Below, piece by piece: positions 54,866 to 64,000 of a stretch of 64,000 nt of DNA. The translations under genes were made by a program, and so were the position numbers. The notes below the pieces were generated by a model. The model was not told the DNA's origin, ran no database searches, and was given only the letters and a program-made list of their open reading frames with translations. How positions within the stretch are numbered: position 1 is the stretch's first letter; every line of letters starts with the position of its first letter. Origin of the DNA: a virus; IMG/VR virus record IMGVR_UViG_3300045988_150584, one strand, 5' to 3'.

Positions 54866-55321
54866 TCACTCCCGATTGAAGTCAACAGTGCGATAAGTAA
54901 GAGAACGCCCATGAAAATCATCGGCAGGTGTAAAACGATCCCACCCCATAAGCTCAACTCTGCCAAGACCGAATTCTCGACTGCCATTCATAAGCTTGTC
55001 TACTTCGCAAGACAGAAGATCCGTCACAAGCCCTTTCGGTGTGCGCATTGCTCTTTCGTGAGAAATAATCCAGAAGTAAATACGGAAATCAGAAAAAGCA
55101 TGGTCGATAATACGCGGAGCAGCAACATCAAAACACAGATATGAGCCTACCTCTGTGGTCTTATCCACAATATAGTCATATGGAAAAATGTATTTATAAG
55201 CCATGTCGGAAGCCTTCATATTTGGCTGATCCTCAGGCCGAATCAAATCAATGATTGCGTCACACTTACAAATCCTCTCCATAACGACATCTCTATATCT
55301 CGGTATCTCAGATAAATACAT
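54866..55321 (-). CDS. hypothetical head-tail joining protein
   Basis: ATGA overlap with the upstream stop. The GTG at 55330 is an alternative start. Confidence 0.55.
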   Translation of the reverse strand: MYLSEIPRYRDVVMERICKCDAIIDLIRPEDQPNMKASDMAYKYIFPYDYIVDKTTEVGSYLCFDVAAPRIIDHAFSDFRIYFWIISHERAMRTPKGLVTDLLSCEVDKLMNGSREFGLGRVELMGWDRFTPADDFHGRSLTYRTVDFNRE

Positions 55322-56358
55322 CAATACCACCGTCCTATCGTTAGAATAATCGACGCACTAACACCATACTCATCATTGCTCGCTTCAAGAGTAATTTCCT
55401 GACCAATATAATCTCGATTATTTAGCGCACGAACAATAATGTATCCGTCTCCAACTTCTTTAATCTCACCGTATTCATTACCGTCTGTCAGACTGGCATT
55501 GACCTCGAAAGAATCAATGGGAACACCATCCTTGAAACAGTGCAGATCGATACGAATATCTTCACCAAATGTAACCTTGTTACCGGACGAATCCGTGGTT
55601 AATGTGATAGAATATCCTTCCTCTGGATCTTCTGGCTTAGAATAAATCGACTTGCCATAATAATCGGCAATCATTAGTTCTTTGTTGTCAGTCTCTTTGT
55701 CGTACTGACTTTCAATAATCGTCCACTGCAGCAGTCCATCATCAGCACCGCACGAATAACCTCCGGAGTCCACCTGCGCAAGACGATATGCGGTCGGCTC
55801 TTCTCGGTTTTTATCAATCAAGAACCGAAAACCACTATCGAGCATAATTGTCTCAGAATTATATGGAATATAAACAAGATGCTGCGAAGTACCAATAGTC
55901 ATATGTGTTTTAGTAGTTTCACCAGAACCATACTGCGTACTATTGATATCGTAGACAGGATACTCAACCGCTTTGCCTGTAACGGGCGAAATAAAGTAGA
56001 TAGAGTATTTGCACTGCCACGCAATCGCCTTTTCATACATCTTGTTATTATCGGGGAGAGAATAGACCATCCAATACTGACCACGAGCCTTAATATACTG
56101 ACCTGCTCGAAGCGTCCCAATACGACAAATAAATTGACGCATAACACTATTGTTATAGGTATCGCTCGTTACGCCCTGAATAATGGCTCGCGTCTTCACA
56201 GGCTCAACATTGAGGCTCTTTTCAAAAATCTCAATATCATCAGCAAGCTCGGACTCTAAAATTTCCTCAAACCCATCTGAGGCGTAATTCGCAAACTCAT
56301 CGCCCTCAAAACCACTGTTATAAGTAGGCTGCTTCATCAAATACCACTCAATAGGCAT
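55321..56358 (-). CDS. hypothetical virion protein
   Basis: ATG 7 nt after AAGGGGGTG. 345 aa. Confidence 0.55.
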   Translation of the reverse strand: MPIEWYLMKQPTYNSGFEGDEFANYASDGFEEILESELADDIEIFEKSLNVEPVKTRAIIQGVTSDTYNNSVMRQFICRIGTLRAGQYIKARGQYWMVYSLPDNNKMYEKAIAWQCKYSIYFISPVTGKAVEYPVYDINSTQYGSGETTKTHMTIGTSQHLVYIPYNSETIMLDSGFRFLIDKNREEPTAYRLAQVDSGGYSCGADDGLLQWTIIESQYDKETDNKELMIADYYGKSIYSKPEDPEEGYSITLTTDSSGNKVTFGEDIRIDLHCFKDGVPIDSFEVNASLTDGNEYGEIKEVGDGYIIVRALNNRDYIGQEITLEASNDEYGVSASIILTIGRWY

Positions 56359-56372
56359 ATGCAAGCACCCCC

Positions 56373-56768
56373 TTAATCAAAACAGTGTTGTTTCAACTTG
56401 TGCAATCGTTCTTTTACGCGCCCGATCTCGAATTCAAGTTCTTGCTTCGTTACTCTTTTCGTCCCGTCAGCACCAGTGATCTGAACATCCTTTGTATAAA
56501 TTCCATTCAGCGCCATTACACGACTAAGCTCTCTTTGTAAATAGCTGACATACATCATGAGAGCAAGAACACGCACTGTTTGCCGATCCAACACAGAAGA
56601 AAAGCAATGATTTTCTTCGTCGTATTCAAGATCACAGCTCAAATCGAGTTCATAATCTGCGACCGCAGATTTTAACCATTCCTGCTCTAACGCTGTCGGA
56701 ATAATATACTTAGTTAAAGGCATGGAATGAAAGCCGGTCTCAATCTCTTCAAAAGTAGTTTTCTCCAT
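56373..56768 (-). CDS. hypothetical head-tail connector protein
   Basis: AGGAGG 8 nt upstream. 131 aa, downstream of the capsid genes. Confidence 0.5.
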   Translation of the reverse strand: MEKTTFEEIETGFHSMPLTKYIIPTALEQEWLKSAVADYELDLSCDLEYDEENHCFSSVLDRQTVRVLALMMYVSYLQRELSRVMALNGIYTKDVQITGADGTKRVTKQELEFEIGRVKERLHKLKQHCFD

Positions 56769-56784
56769 ACCCGAACCTCCTTAA

Positions 56785-57258
56785 TTAAAGAGTGACTGAC
56801 TCAGCAAGCTTATTGATTGCGTCCATCTTCCAGGCAGCGACATCATCTCCGCCGTTTTCCTTTGCAATCTGCGCAATCATTTTCTTTTCAGCATCATTAG
56901 TAACAAGAGCCTCAAGACGAGCGTTGAACTCATCCTTCTTTCTAATTGCAAGCAGCTCTCGCACAGAATCAGCATTCAAAACAAGAACATCGTCTGTGGT
57001 ATCGGCATAGCCAAACAACGCCTTGCGTTGTGCATCATTTTGAATGAACAGACGGGCATGATCGCCAGGACGAGATGGATCGTTGCCAACAAACATTCTG
57101 TTCCCAGACTGAATCTGCATCTGCACCTCTGCAACATCCAGCATGGCAAATCCAGTTACCTTTGCTGGAATCCGAATATCTCCCACTCCATTTAGGCGGC
57201 GGAAGTATAGAGGCCAGCTACACAAATTATCAATTAAAACCTTATCGGTTAGTTCCAT
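56785..57258 (-). CDS. hypothetical head-module protein
   Basis: AAGGAG SD. 157 aa. Confidence 0.55.
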   Translation of the reverse strand: MELTDKVLIDNLCSWPLYFRRLNGVGDIRIPAKVTGFAMLDVAEVQMQIQSGNRMFVGNDPSRPGDHARLFIQNDAQRKALFGYADTTDDVLVLNADSVRELLAIRKKDEFNARLEALVTNDAEKKMIAQIAKENGGDDVAAWKMDAINKLAESVTL

Positions 57259-57283
57259 TTACTTTCGCTCCTTGTTATGAAAT

Positions 57284-57308
57284 AGGAGGGAGGAATATCC
57301 TCCCTCCT
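57284..57308 (-). terminator. GC-rich hairpin after the capsid gene
   Basis: aggagggagg-aatat-cctccctcct (10-bp stem). The - strand reading is followed by AUUUCAU. Confidence 0.5.
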
Positions 57309-57332
57309 CTATATTATCTAACTAATTCCTAA

Positions 57333-58445
57333 TTAAAGAGAAGGAACCTCAAAGTTAGTGTCGGACAGAAGACCGATCTGATCCTCCATGCCCTCAGCAA
57401 CACCAGCGCCGATCTCCATATCGAAACGAGTCAAGTGCTGACGGGTTACAATATCATCACCGGTCATAGTGGTCATGCCGCCACGACGGAAGATCTGCAA
57501 CGGAGCAATCTTGCCCTGAGGAATGAAGAACAGCAAGCCCTGTGGCATATACAGCTCGTAAGAAGTCTTGTCGGCATTCATACGAGTGAAGTCCAGAGCG
57601 TTAGGCAGCTCAACAATGTGAGAACCATTGTAGAAGCTCAGCAGGCCGGTCTTGCGGATTTCCTCGGCAACAGCGTCAGCACCAAACGGAATGGTGTTCG
57701 CACCGAAAGTCTTATAACCAGCAAAATCGTTGAACTGAGATACAACAGAATAATCGCCGCAAATGTTCACACGACCATAGCGACGCATCTGCTTCAACAT
57801 CTCATCAACAGCAGTCTGCGTAACACCACTGTTCTCAGCAAAATGCTTCACGCCCTTGGCATTCTTCAGCGCATCGTACAGCTTGGCAATAACATAGTAA
57901 ACTGCCTTGTTCTGCATGTCGATCTGCACCTGAGAAATGCCCTCAGCAATAGTGCCATCAAAGTTGCCGCTCTGTAGCTCACGATAGTCTACGGCATAAC
58001 CAGAAGAAATGGTCTGAGTGCCGATAGGATACTCGCGGAAGCTGTGGGTAGCAAAAGGCACATCACCGCTTGAAGCCTGGAAACGAGAATCAATGCTCTC
58101 GTACTTATAGGTCTTCATCATAGGAACAGTGTCATAAGGTACGCTCTTGTATGTACCCATGAAATTGAAGATCTTAATAGCCTCGATCAACTTAGGCTCA
58201 ATAGCAAAACGCTGAATGGCGTTCAGCTCAGAAACAGCCTGATGATCGCCGTCGATAGCACGACCAGCAAGATCCTTGATATGCTCAACTGACTTATCAA
58301 CGACCTTACCATCAAAAGAAGACAGGCTCTTGCCCTGCACCAACGCAGAGAAAACCTCAACCACCGGAGAGGTAGACTTTACCTTAGAAGCGCCAACTTC
58401 ATCTTTAACATTGTTGACGGTGTTTAGTTCAAAAATGTTATCCAT
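57333..58445 (-). CDS. major capsid protein
   Basis: ATG after AGGAGGAAAAAACAA. 370 aa. Position after the scaffold/decoration genes, with a strong hairpin downstream. Confidence 0.6.
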   Translation of the reverse strand: MDNIFELNTVNNVKDEVGASKVKSTSPVVEVFSALVQGKSLSSFDGKVVDKSVEHIKDLAGRAIDGDHQAVSELNAIQRFAIEPKLIEAIKIFNFMGTYKSVPYDTVPMMKTYKYESIDSRFQASSGDVPFATHSFREYPIGTQTISSGYAVDYRELQSGNFDGTIAEGISQVQIDMQNKAVYYVIAKLYDALKNAKGVKHFAENSGVTQTAVDEMLKQMRRYGRVNICGDYSVVSQFNDFAGYKTFGANTIPFGADAVAEEIRKTGLLSFYNGSHIVELPNALDFTRMNADKTSYELYMPQGLLFFIPQGKIAPLQIFRRGGMTTMTGDDIVTRQHLTRFDMEIGAGVAEGMEDQIGLLSDTNFEVPSL

Positions 58446-58470
58446 TTGTTTTTTCCTCCTATACCTATTC

Positions 58471-58932
58471 TTACTGCGCAACAATCTCAGCAAGAATACC
58501 ATCGTCCATATATGGAGTCTTGCAAATTACCTTGAAGCAAACAGCATAACCATCTGCACTTGCAGCCTTAACAATCTTACCGTCAGTGCCAAACACTAAC
58601 AGATCCTCAGCCGCCAAGCCAGTAGTGCCACCATTGATTTCAAAAGCAGCAAACTCAATTTCGAGACCATTTACGGTTCTCAGGTCATCGGCACGAACAT
58701 ACTCGCCCTCGTTTACAACATAAGTCTCAGGGCTGTTGTGCAGCTCAGGCTTATCATTGATATTGGTAACGATGTATACGACCTTCTTTGCATCGTCCTC
58801 GGATGCAGGAAGAGTTGCTGTCTTTGCAACACGATCCAAAATAACGCCCATGCCGACCTTCATATCAGAAGCAGCCTTGCAATAAGGCACATTCTGTACA
58901 TTCTTAAATGCACCAATAGTCTTGTACTTCAT
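58471..58932 (-). CDS. hypothetical head protein (decoration/accessory candidate)
   Basis: AGGAGG SD. 153 aa, between the scaffold and capsid genes. Confidence 0.45.
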   Translation of the reverse strand: MKYKTIGAFKNVQNVPYCKAASDMKVGMGVILDRVAKTATLPASEDDAKKVVYIVTNINDKPELHNSPETYVVNEGEYVRADDLRTVNGLEIEFAAFEINGGTTGLAAEDLLVFGTDGKIVKAASADGYAVCFKVICKTPYMDDGILAEIVAQ

Positions 58933-58949
58933 TTCTATTATCCTCCTTA

Positions 58950-60104
58950 TTAACCAAAGATATCTACGTCGCCTTTATCCTCAGGAGAAGAAACCCCTCC
59001 AAAGATATCCGGTGCGCCATTGTTCAATTCAGCGTTGTGAATTTCCTTGTTTTTGCGAACCATCTCAACGCAAATCTTACTGGTAATACTGTTGATCTCA
59101 ACAGTTGTAGGATCAGCCTTAAACGCATCAATCTCAGCCTGCGCAAGAGCCTGTTCCTCAGCGCTGAACTCTGACAGAGCAGAATTTAGCTCAGCGATTT
59201 TCTTCTCTTTCTCCAAAGTAGCATTTGTCTCTTTCAAAGAATTCAGTTCAGAAGTCTGTGCTTCCATAGCCTCATCCTTTGCGGCCAAATCCGCCTGTGC
59301 CGTCGCAAGCTTCTCATTCAGCTCAGCAATTTCCGCATCCTTTGCGGCCAACTGACCGTTCAACTCGGAAATCTGCCCCTCATACTGCTCGCCTTTATTA
59401 TTAAGCTCAGTAATTGTCTGAGTAACAGAAGTCTTCACAAGCTCGACGAATTGTCCCATTACCTTTTCGTCCATAGGTGTTTCCTCCTTGCTGTTTTCCA
59501 ATTTATTATTTAACTCAACAACGATTGCGGTATCATCTGCCGGTCTGATACCAAGAATGGCATATCCACTATAATCATAAATCTGAGGAATTCTGCCATG
59601 CTCTTTCCAACCGCCATCGTAAATAATACGATTATCATTTTCTGGGCGACCAACGATTTCAACAGATCCCTTTACGCTGCCATTCTTTAGCTTTTCAGCC
59701 AACCACGCAACGAACTTTGGATACCGCATTTCGTCAATATATCCCTCACCGACAAGCACCTTTTTTGTTTCGCCGTCGATTTCAATATCTGTGATATAGC
59801 CTTTCTCGCAATGGCCTACCACAGTTGCATCCTCCATATATGGCATATTGTCCTTAATATCGGTCAAGCCATGCCCATATGGAAGACGTCGCTCTTCGCT
59901 TAGGAATTCAACACAGATGGACATATTCGTAACAGACTCGATATTCTGTGCTGTGTATTCCTCATCCCAAGAAATTCCGTTCTCCTGCCATGTATCATGA
60001 GATGGGAAAATCTCGTGTAATACAATTTTGATCTTTCTACGACCAGTAATTTGCCGTTCATTAGAAAGCTCAAAAATACGACCCATAAAGCAGTCTACGC
60101 TCAT
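58950..60104 (-). CDS. scaffolding protein (globular N-domain + long coiled coil)
   Basis: ATG 9 nt after AGGAGG. The C-terminal half ELNGQLAAKDAEIAELNEKLATAQADLAAKDEAMEAQTSELNSLKE is coiled coil. Position between portal and capsid. Confidence 0.55.
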   Translation of the reverse strand: MSVDCFMGRIFELSNERQITGRRKIKIVLHEIFPSHDTWQENGISWDEEYTAQNIESVTNMSICVEFLSEERRLPYGHGLTDIKDNMPYMEDATVVGHCEKGYITDIEIDGETKKVLVGEGYIDEMRYPKFVAWLAEKLKNGSVKGSVEIVGRPENDNRIIYDGGWKEHGRIPQIYDYSGYAILGIRPADDTAIVVELNNKLENSKEETPMDEKVMGQFVELVKTSVTQTITELNNKGEQYEGQISELNGQLAAKDAEIAELNEKLATAQADLAAKDEAMEAQTSELNSLKETNATLEKEKKIAELNSALSEFSAEEQALAQAEIDAFKADPTTVEINSITSKICVEMVRKNKEIHNAELNNGAPDIFGGVSSPEDKGDVDIFG

Positions 60105-60120
60105 TTTCCTCACCTCCTAA

Positions 60121-61758
60121 TTATGCTGATGGCTTTGGCGTATTATTTCCATTATTAGTTCGCTGCTGAACAGCCGTTGGATCTGTACTATCAGAATTAG
60201 TCGGTCGGCCACCGGTACTATCGCCGTCGCTTTCAGTATAAGAAGTCTTATGCACCGGATATCTGTTCTCAAAGTCTTCTTCCAGCTCGTGATCCATAAG
60301 AGCAATATAATTATCAGGATTAAAGCCTGTCGCCGCGATCCATGCGTATAGACTACCCTTGCCGCGAGCATATAGCGATTCCATATATCCAACCATATTG
60401 TTCTTATTTACCATCGTGATTGGAAGGATATATAGCTCAACACGACAACTCGCATCGCTGATGATATTCTGATTGATACACTTATTCAGCTCATCAACAA
60501 TGTCCTCAATCCATGAATACACATTGGCTGAAACAAGCTCCAAATTCAGATTTGCCGTAGAATAGTTACCTGTACTGCTTCCATCCAACGCACTTGCACT
60601 AATGCCAAGATCCTTGTTTACAGAATCAATAATGGAGTTCTCGTTCTTCTCGTCCAACAGAGAAACATCGAGAGAGATACTGTCCAGCTTTGTGCCGGCT
60701 GCAAGAGAGAAGAAAGATGTGCCGCTCGAATTTCTGCTCTTGCTGGCAAGCGCGTTCTTCACAAGATCGTGCTGCTGTTTCTGCTGCTTCTCACTTAGAG
60801 CAGATGTTCCTTTTTCTTTTCCCTCCGGAAAAGTCTCGTACACAATCTGATTGTTGACTGAATCCAAAACATTTCTTTTGGTATCTACAAAATACTGCGC
60901 ATAACTTACATCATCCAGAGCGGCAATCGCAAATGGGATACCGAACGGATCTGTAATTTCGCTCTTGATTTTGGTCACAATCGTTTTGTTGTTATTAAGA
61001 CGCAGCCACGGAGCATCAATCGTCTGGTTCTCATATGCAAGATATCCCTCTTGAATTTCTTTCGGGAATCCAGCAAGCTTTCTTTTCCTGACATCTTCAC
61101 TCAGATTAGAAAAATACCGCAGATCAAAAGCTACCTGATAGCTATTGTTTCTGCGGCCAATAATTCTTACATAATCAATAGGAAGAGGAATAACCATTGC
61201 GTTCATACCAATTGCATTGATTTCTGTGATATTTTGAATTTCATAATCCGTTAAAGCAGTACGATAATCTGGCGTAGCATAATTTGTCTCAAAATAAGCT
61301 ACATACATGCCATCGTTTGCATTCTTAAAAATGGCATCACGAATTACTTGCTTATATCGAATGGTGTGAAGAGTTGCCTCCATCTTTTGTTTGTTCATAC
61401 GATAATTACGCGGTCTTTTACCGTCAGCTCGTTTTGATCTACTGACAATAACGCCATCAAGCGTGTGCATCGTCCGCATATAGTCAATTCCGCTTGCAAC
61501 AACGCCATTAGAATAATAAGCCCAATGCGCTAAATTTCTGATTGCTTCAATATTCGCCATTGGATTTCTAATGAATGTTCTGATTTCCTGAATCGTATAT
61601 GGCATACGGCCAGAACTTTGTAGCATCCGAATATACGCAGTTTCTAAATTCGTGTTGAACTCATATGTTGGATCTTGCGGCGCTGAATTTTCCTCGTAGA
61701 CTTCGTTGGTTTTCCAGAAAAATGGAAAGCGTCTTTTATTATTTGGCAATCTTCTCAC
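60121..61758 (-). CDS. portal protein
   Basis: 545-aa ORF directly downstream of the large terminase. Assigned by size and position only. Start uncertain: the GTG at 61758 lies inside the SD, and TTG 61749 is an alternative. Confidence 0.55.
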   Translation of the reverse strand: MRRLPNNKRRFPFFWKTNEVYEENSAPQDPTYEFNTNLETAYIRMLQSSGRMPYTIQEIRTFIRNPMANIEAIRNLAHWAYYSNGVVASGIDYMRTMHTLDGVIVSRSKRADGKRPRNYRMNKQKMEATLHTIRYKQVIRDAIFKNANDGMYVAYFETNYATPDYRTALTDYEIQNITEINAIGMNAMVIPLPIDYVRIIGRRNNSYQVAFDLRYFSNLSEDVRKRKLAGFPKEIQEGYLAYENQTIDAPWLRLNNNKTIVTKIKSEITDPFGIPFAIAALDDVSYAQYFVDTKRNVLDSVNNQIVYETFPEGKEKGTSALSEKQQKQQHDLVKNALASKSRNSSGTSFFSLAAGTKLDSISLDVSLLDEKNENSIIDSVNKDLGISASALDGSSTGNYSTANLNLELVSANVYSWIEDIVDELNKCINQNIISDASCRVELYILPITMVNKNNMVGYMESLYARGKGSLYAWIAATGFNPDNYIALMDHELEEDFENRYPVHKTSYTESDGDSTGGRPTNSDSTDPTAVQQRTNNGNNTPKPSA

Positions 61759-61763
61759 CTCCT

Positions 61764-63560
61764 TCAGTTAAATAGTGGTATATACTCATACTCCGAACTA
61801 TCCGACAACATATCGTGTTCAAGCATCTGAGCAAAATAATTACCGTAAGAGACCGAAGTATAGCGGTCTTTACGGTTGTTGTTGTTTACAATCTTGATAA
61901 GCCCTGTCTGTTCTCCACGCTCATATTCCAGATCAATCATCTCATTGATAAGGGCAACCGTTTCAAGATATGGTCGCTCAAAGAAGAGCTGCGTATCCAC
62001 ATCAGCAGTAGCATACTCAGGAATAAAGTTTGCAATTTCATCAACCGCCTCAGTATTACTAATCAATAGATCAATCATTCCGGAATTCAGAGCATTTCTC
62101 ATCGACTCCGCAATATTGCTATTCGTCTCAAGCTGTGCTTTGATAATGTAAACATTTTCTTCTGCTCCAGCGATCTGAATACGATTAGCAACTTTCTCAT
62201 CATTCATACATTTCCAAGGCTTATACTCCATATTGCGCTCTTCGTCATATAGAACCTTAGCAAGCATATCATAAACGGAGATACCTGCATTACGACCGTC
62301 CAAAACACAATAATCCGCATTGAAATCAGTATATAGCTGCTTAATACGAATGGCCTGCTTGGTTGTTTCGCCACCGTGAACAGCCTCCATATAACTGACT
62401 TGACGTCTATATCCACGCTTTACTTCGATGTGTTCTCCCTGAGTATCCATAACTTTATACTCTTGGCTCTCTGGAAGTAGACGAATGCAAGAGTAAATAG
62501 AATTATCTGTGGCGTTACCGCCCTCCATAGCGATATCGCAAGACAAAATGCGAATTTCGCCAACTTGCTTTGGGATATCGTACTTGTTCTTCTGCTTCAA
62601 AAGCGCTTCGTCGTTTCTTCTTGGATAGAAAGCTCTCTTCAATCTACGGTTGCGATTGAGCTGCTCATAATTGAAGAAAGATTTTGCATTTTCCGCAATC
62701 ATCTGGTTTTCATACTCAATCGCCCAAGAAATCGGATCGAGCTTTTTCCGCTCTTTGATCAAGAAGTTTCTCGTTTTGATATTGTGCTTCAAAGCAATAC
62801 TATAATCCATTGCAATTACACACGAAGAACCATCTGTAAACATATCCTTAGTAAGAGTCTGGATGAGCTTCCACATCCAATGGCTTTGATACCACGCGGA
62901 AGAAATATAAACTTCTTTCGGCTCTTCGACCATAGAAGAATACTCTGGAAGCTTCAAGTAATCGGCCTGACGGATATATAGGAACGGTGAAAGAACGCTA
63001 TCAATGATATTTTTGACGATCATACGGAATTCTTCGTAAATCATTACCGTTGCACGATAACCACGAGCATTTTCATTTGCGGCAACAACAACGATGGAAC
63101 TGCCATTCTTGAAAATCACTTCGATTTCGTTTTGGTTATCTTTGAAGCTATCAATCTCAGCAGCCAACAATGGCGATTTTGGCATAAGCTCCTTTTTGAT
63201 CTTCTCAGACACAATAAGGCGAGCTTGCTTTTTAGTTGCCGACGCAACAACAATTTTCGCCCCAGGTCGCAAGATAGCCTCTTTACAAGCAAAGATAGCA
63301 ATTAGAAATGATTTTGCCGCAGATCGCGCAGCAACAATACAAAAGCTCGGAACGAACTCCATCAAATACAAGATGATATGCTGGTATAGATGAAGAACGA
63401 TTCCAAAATAATGCTCTACAAATCTCGATGGGTTACGACGATAGAATGTAATCCACTCCATAAGTCGCATAACATTTTCCTGCTTATGTAAATAATGCGT
63501 TGATGGGAAATGCTCATGTAGAGCAGCTTGCCGTTCATCCATTCGCTTGATATTATCCAT
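61764..63560 (-). CDS. terL: terminase large subunit
   Basis: ATG 7 nt after AAGGAGG. Walker A-like AARSAAKS, Walker B-like VMIYEEF, and a C-terminal nuclease-like ILSCDIAMEGG. Confidence 0.7.
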   Translation of the reverse strand: MDNIKRMDERQAALHEHFPSTHYLHKQENVMRLMEWITFYRRNPSRFVEHYFGIVLHLYQHIILYLMEFVPSFCIVAARSAAKSFLIAIFACKEAILRPGAKIVVASATKKQARLIVSEKIKKELMPKSPLLAAEIDSFKDNQNEIEVIFKNGSSIVVVAANENARGYRATVMIYEEFRMIVKNIIDSVLSPFLYIRQADYLKLPEYSSMVEEPKEVYISSAWYQSHWMWKLIQTLTKDMFTDGSSCVIAMDYSIALKHNIKTRNFLIKERKKLDPISWAIEYENQMIAENAKSFFNYEQLNRNRRLKRAFYPRRNDEALLKQKNKYDIPKQVGEIRILSCDIAMEGGNATDNSIYSCIRLLPESQEYKVMDTQGEHIEVKRGYRRQVSYMEAVHGGETTKQAIRIKQLYTDFNADYCVLDGRNAGISVYDMLAKVLYDEERNMEYKPWKCMNDEKVANRIQIAGAEENVYIIKAQLETNSNIAESMRNALNSGMIDLLISNTEAVDEIANFIPEYATADVDTQLFFERPYLETVALINEMIDLEYERGEQTGLIKIVNNNNRKDRYTSVSYGNYFAQMLEHDMLSDSSEYEYIPLFN

Positions 63561-63562
63561 AC

Positions 63563-64000
63563 TCAATCCTCCTTGGAGAGATTGAATTCTTTATCAAGCT
63601 CCTTTGAACCAGTAAGCAAGTTCTTTAACGGGCGGAAAATAAAACGACTTGCATATCCGCCAATACCATCCGCATCTCTGTAAAGATCTTTGTCTTTGTA
63701 GTATTCAGCCGGCGTATATTTCTCAATATCGCTGATCCAAACACCAAGAGGATCTAATTTCACAGAATCTTCCTTTTTCTGTTTACGATCCTCCAGCTCG
63801 GTAGTTGCAGCGTTGATATACTCTTTATAAGTTTTAGCCAACGCACCAATACCAGCATCACCATTCTGAACGGACTTCTGGAGCTGTAACTTCAAATAGC
63901 AGATGCTCTTATATAGCTCGTCTTGACGCTTATCCTCAGGTTCGCCATATTTGCTTACCCAATCATCATATTCAAACTTCAAAACCTCATAGTCTTGCTC
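63563..64000 (-). CDS. hypothetical protein upstream of terL (possible small terminase), 5' end outside window
   Basis: The frame stays open to position 64000. The stop overlaps the terL start region. Confidence 0.35.
   Translation of the reverse strand, partial: EQDYEVLKFEYDDWVSKYGEPEDKRQDELYKSICYLKLQLQKSVQNGDAGIGALAKTYKEYINAATTELEDRKQKKEDSVKLDPLGVWISDIEKYTPAEYYKDKDLYRDADGIGGYASRFIFRPLKNLLTGSKELDKEFNLSKED

Noticed and set aside
60117-60392. 91-aa - strand ORF at the portal 3' end
   Set aside because: It is an alternative frame lying entirely within the portal gene, with no SD.
1-64000. Prophage-host junctions, or direct att repeats delimiting an integrated element
   Set aside because: Phage genes run to both window edges, and the recombinase sits internally between phage arms. 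No flanking host genes or duplicated core sequence were seen in the window.

Overview
The window is a contiguous piece of a large tailed-phage genome, siphovirus-like. The host is probably a Gram-positive strict anaerobe of Firmicutes/Clostridia type: AGGAGG Shine-Dalgarno sites, anaerobic NrdDG, SleB- and SLH-type wall modules, and roughly 40% GC by eye. Two gene arms converge at about 22.3-22.9 kb. The + strand (1-22.3 kb) carries replication, nucleotide-metabolism and DNA-modification genes. These include a Cas4-like nuclease, primase-helicase, DnaE-type Pol III alpha, ThyX, dNMP kinase, 5'-nucleotidase, NrdD/NrdG, dUTPase, two DNA methyltransferases, a macrodomain protein, two metallophosphoesterases and many small Cys-rich ORFs. 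This arm ends in a large serine recombinase with a candidate attP palindrome. The - strand (64 kb down to 22.9 kb) carries packaging, head, tail (2607-aa tape measure), a multi-gene fibre cluster and lysis genes. The stand-out system is a complete diversity-generating retroelement (target-avd-TR-RT, 27.2-31.5 kb, - strand). Its 126-bp template and variable repeats differ at 21 positions by my hand alignment, every one a template adenine. Other items worth a second look: (1) a G9 tract that frameshifts a Dam-family methyltransferase; (2) a promoter-gene-terminator moron encoding a polytopic membrane protein inside the tail module; (3) a RuvC-like resolvase in the tail module; (4) a repeated 14-17 bp motif around the recombinase promoter; (5) a possibly structured leader plus a 24-codon basic ORF at the convergence point; (6) apparent ATT/CTG initiation of several early genes. 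I saw no rRNA, tRNA or CRISPR array. All homology statements come from motifs read by eye, not from database searches.
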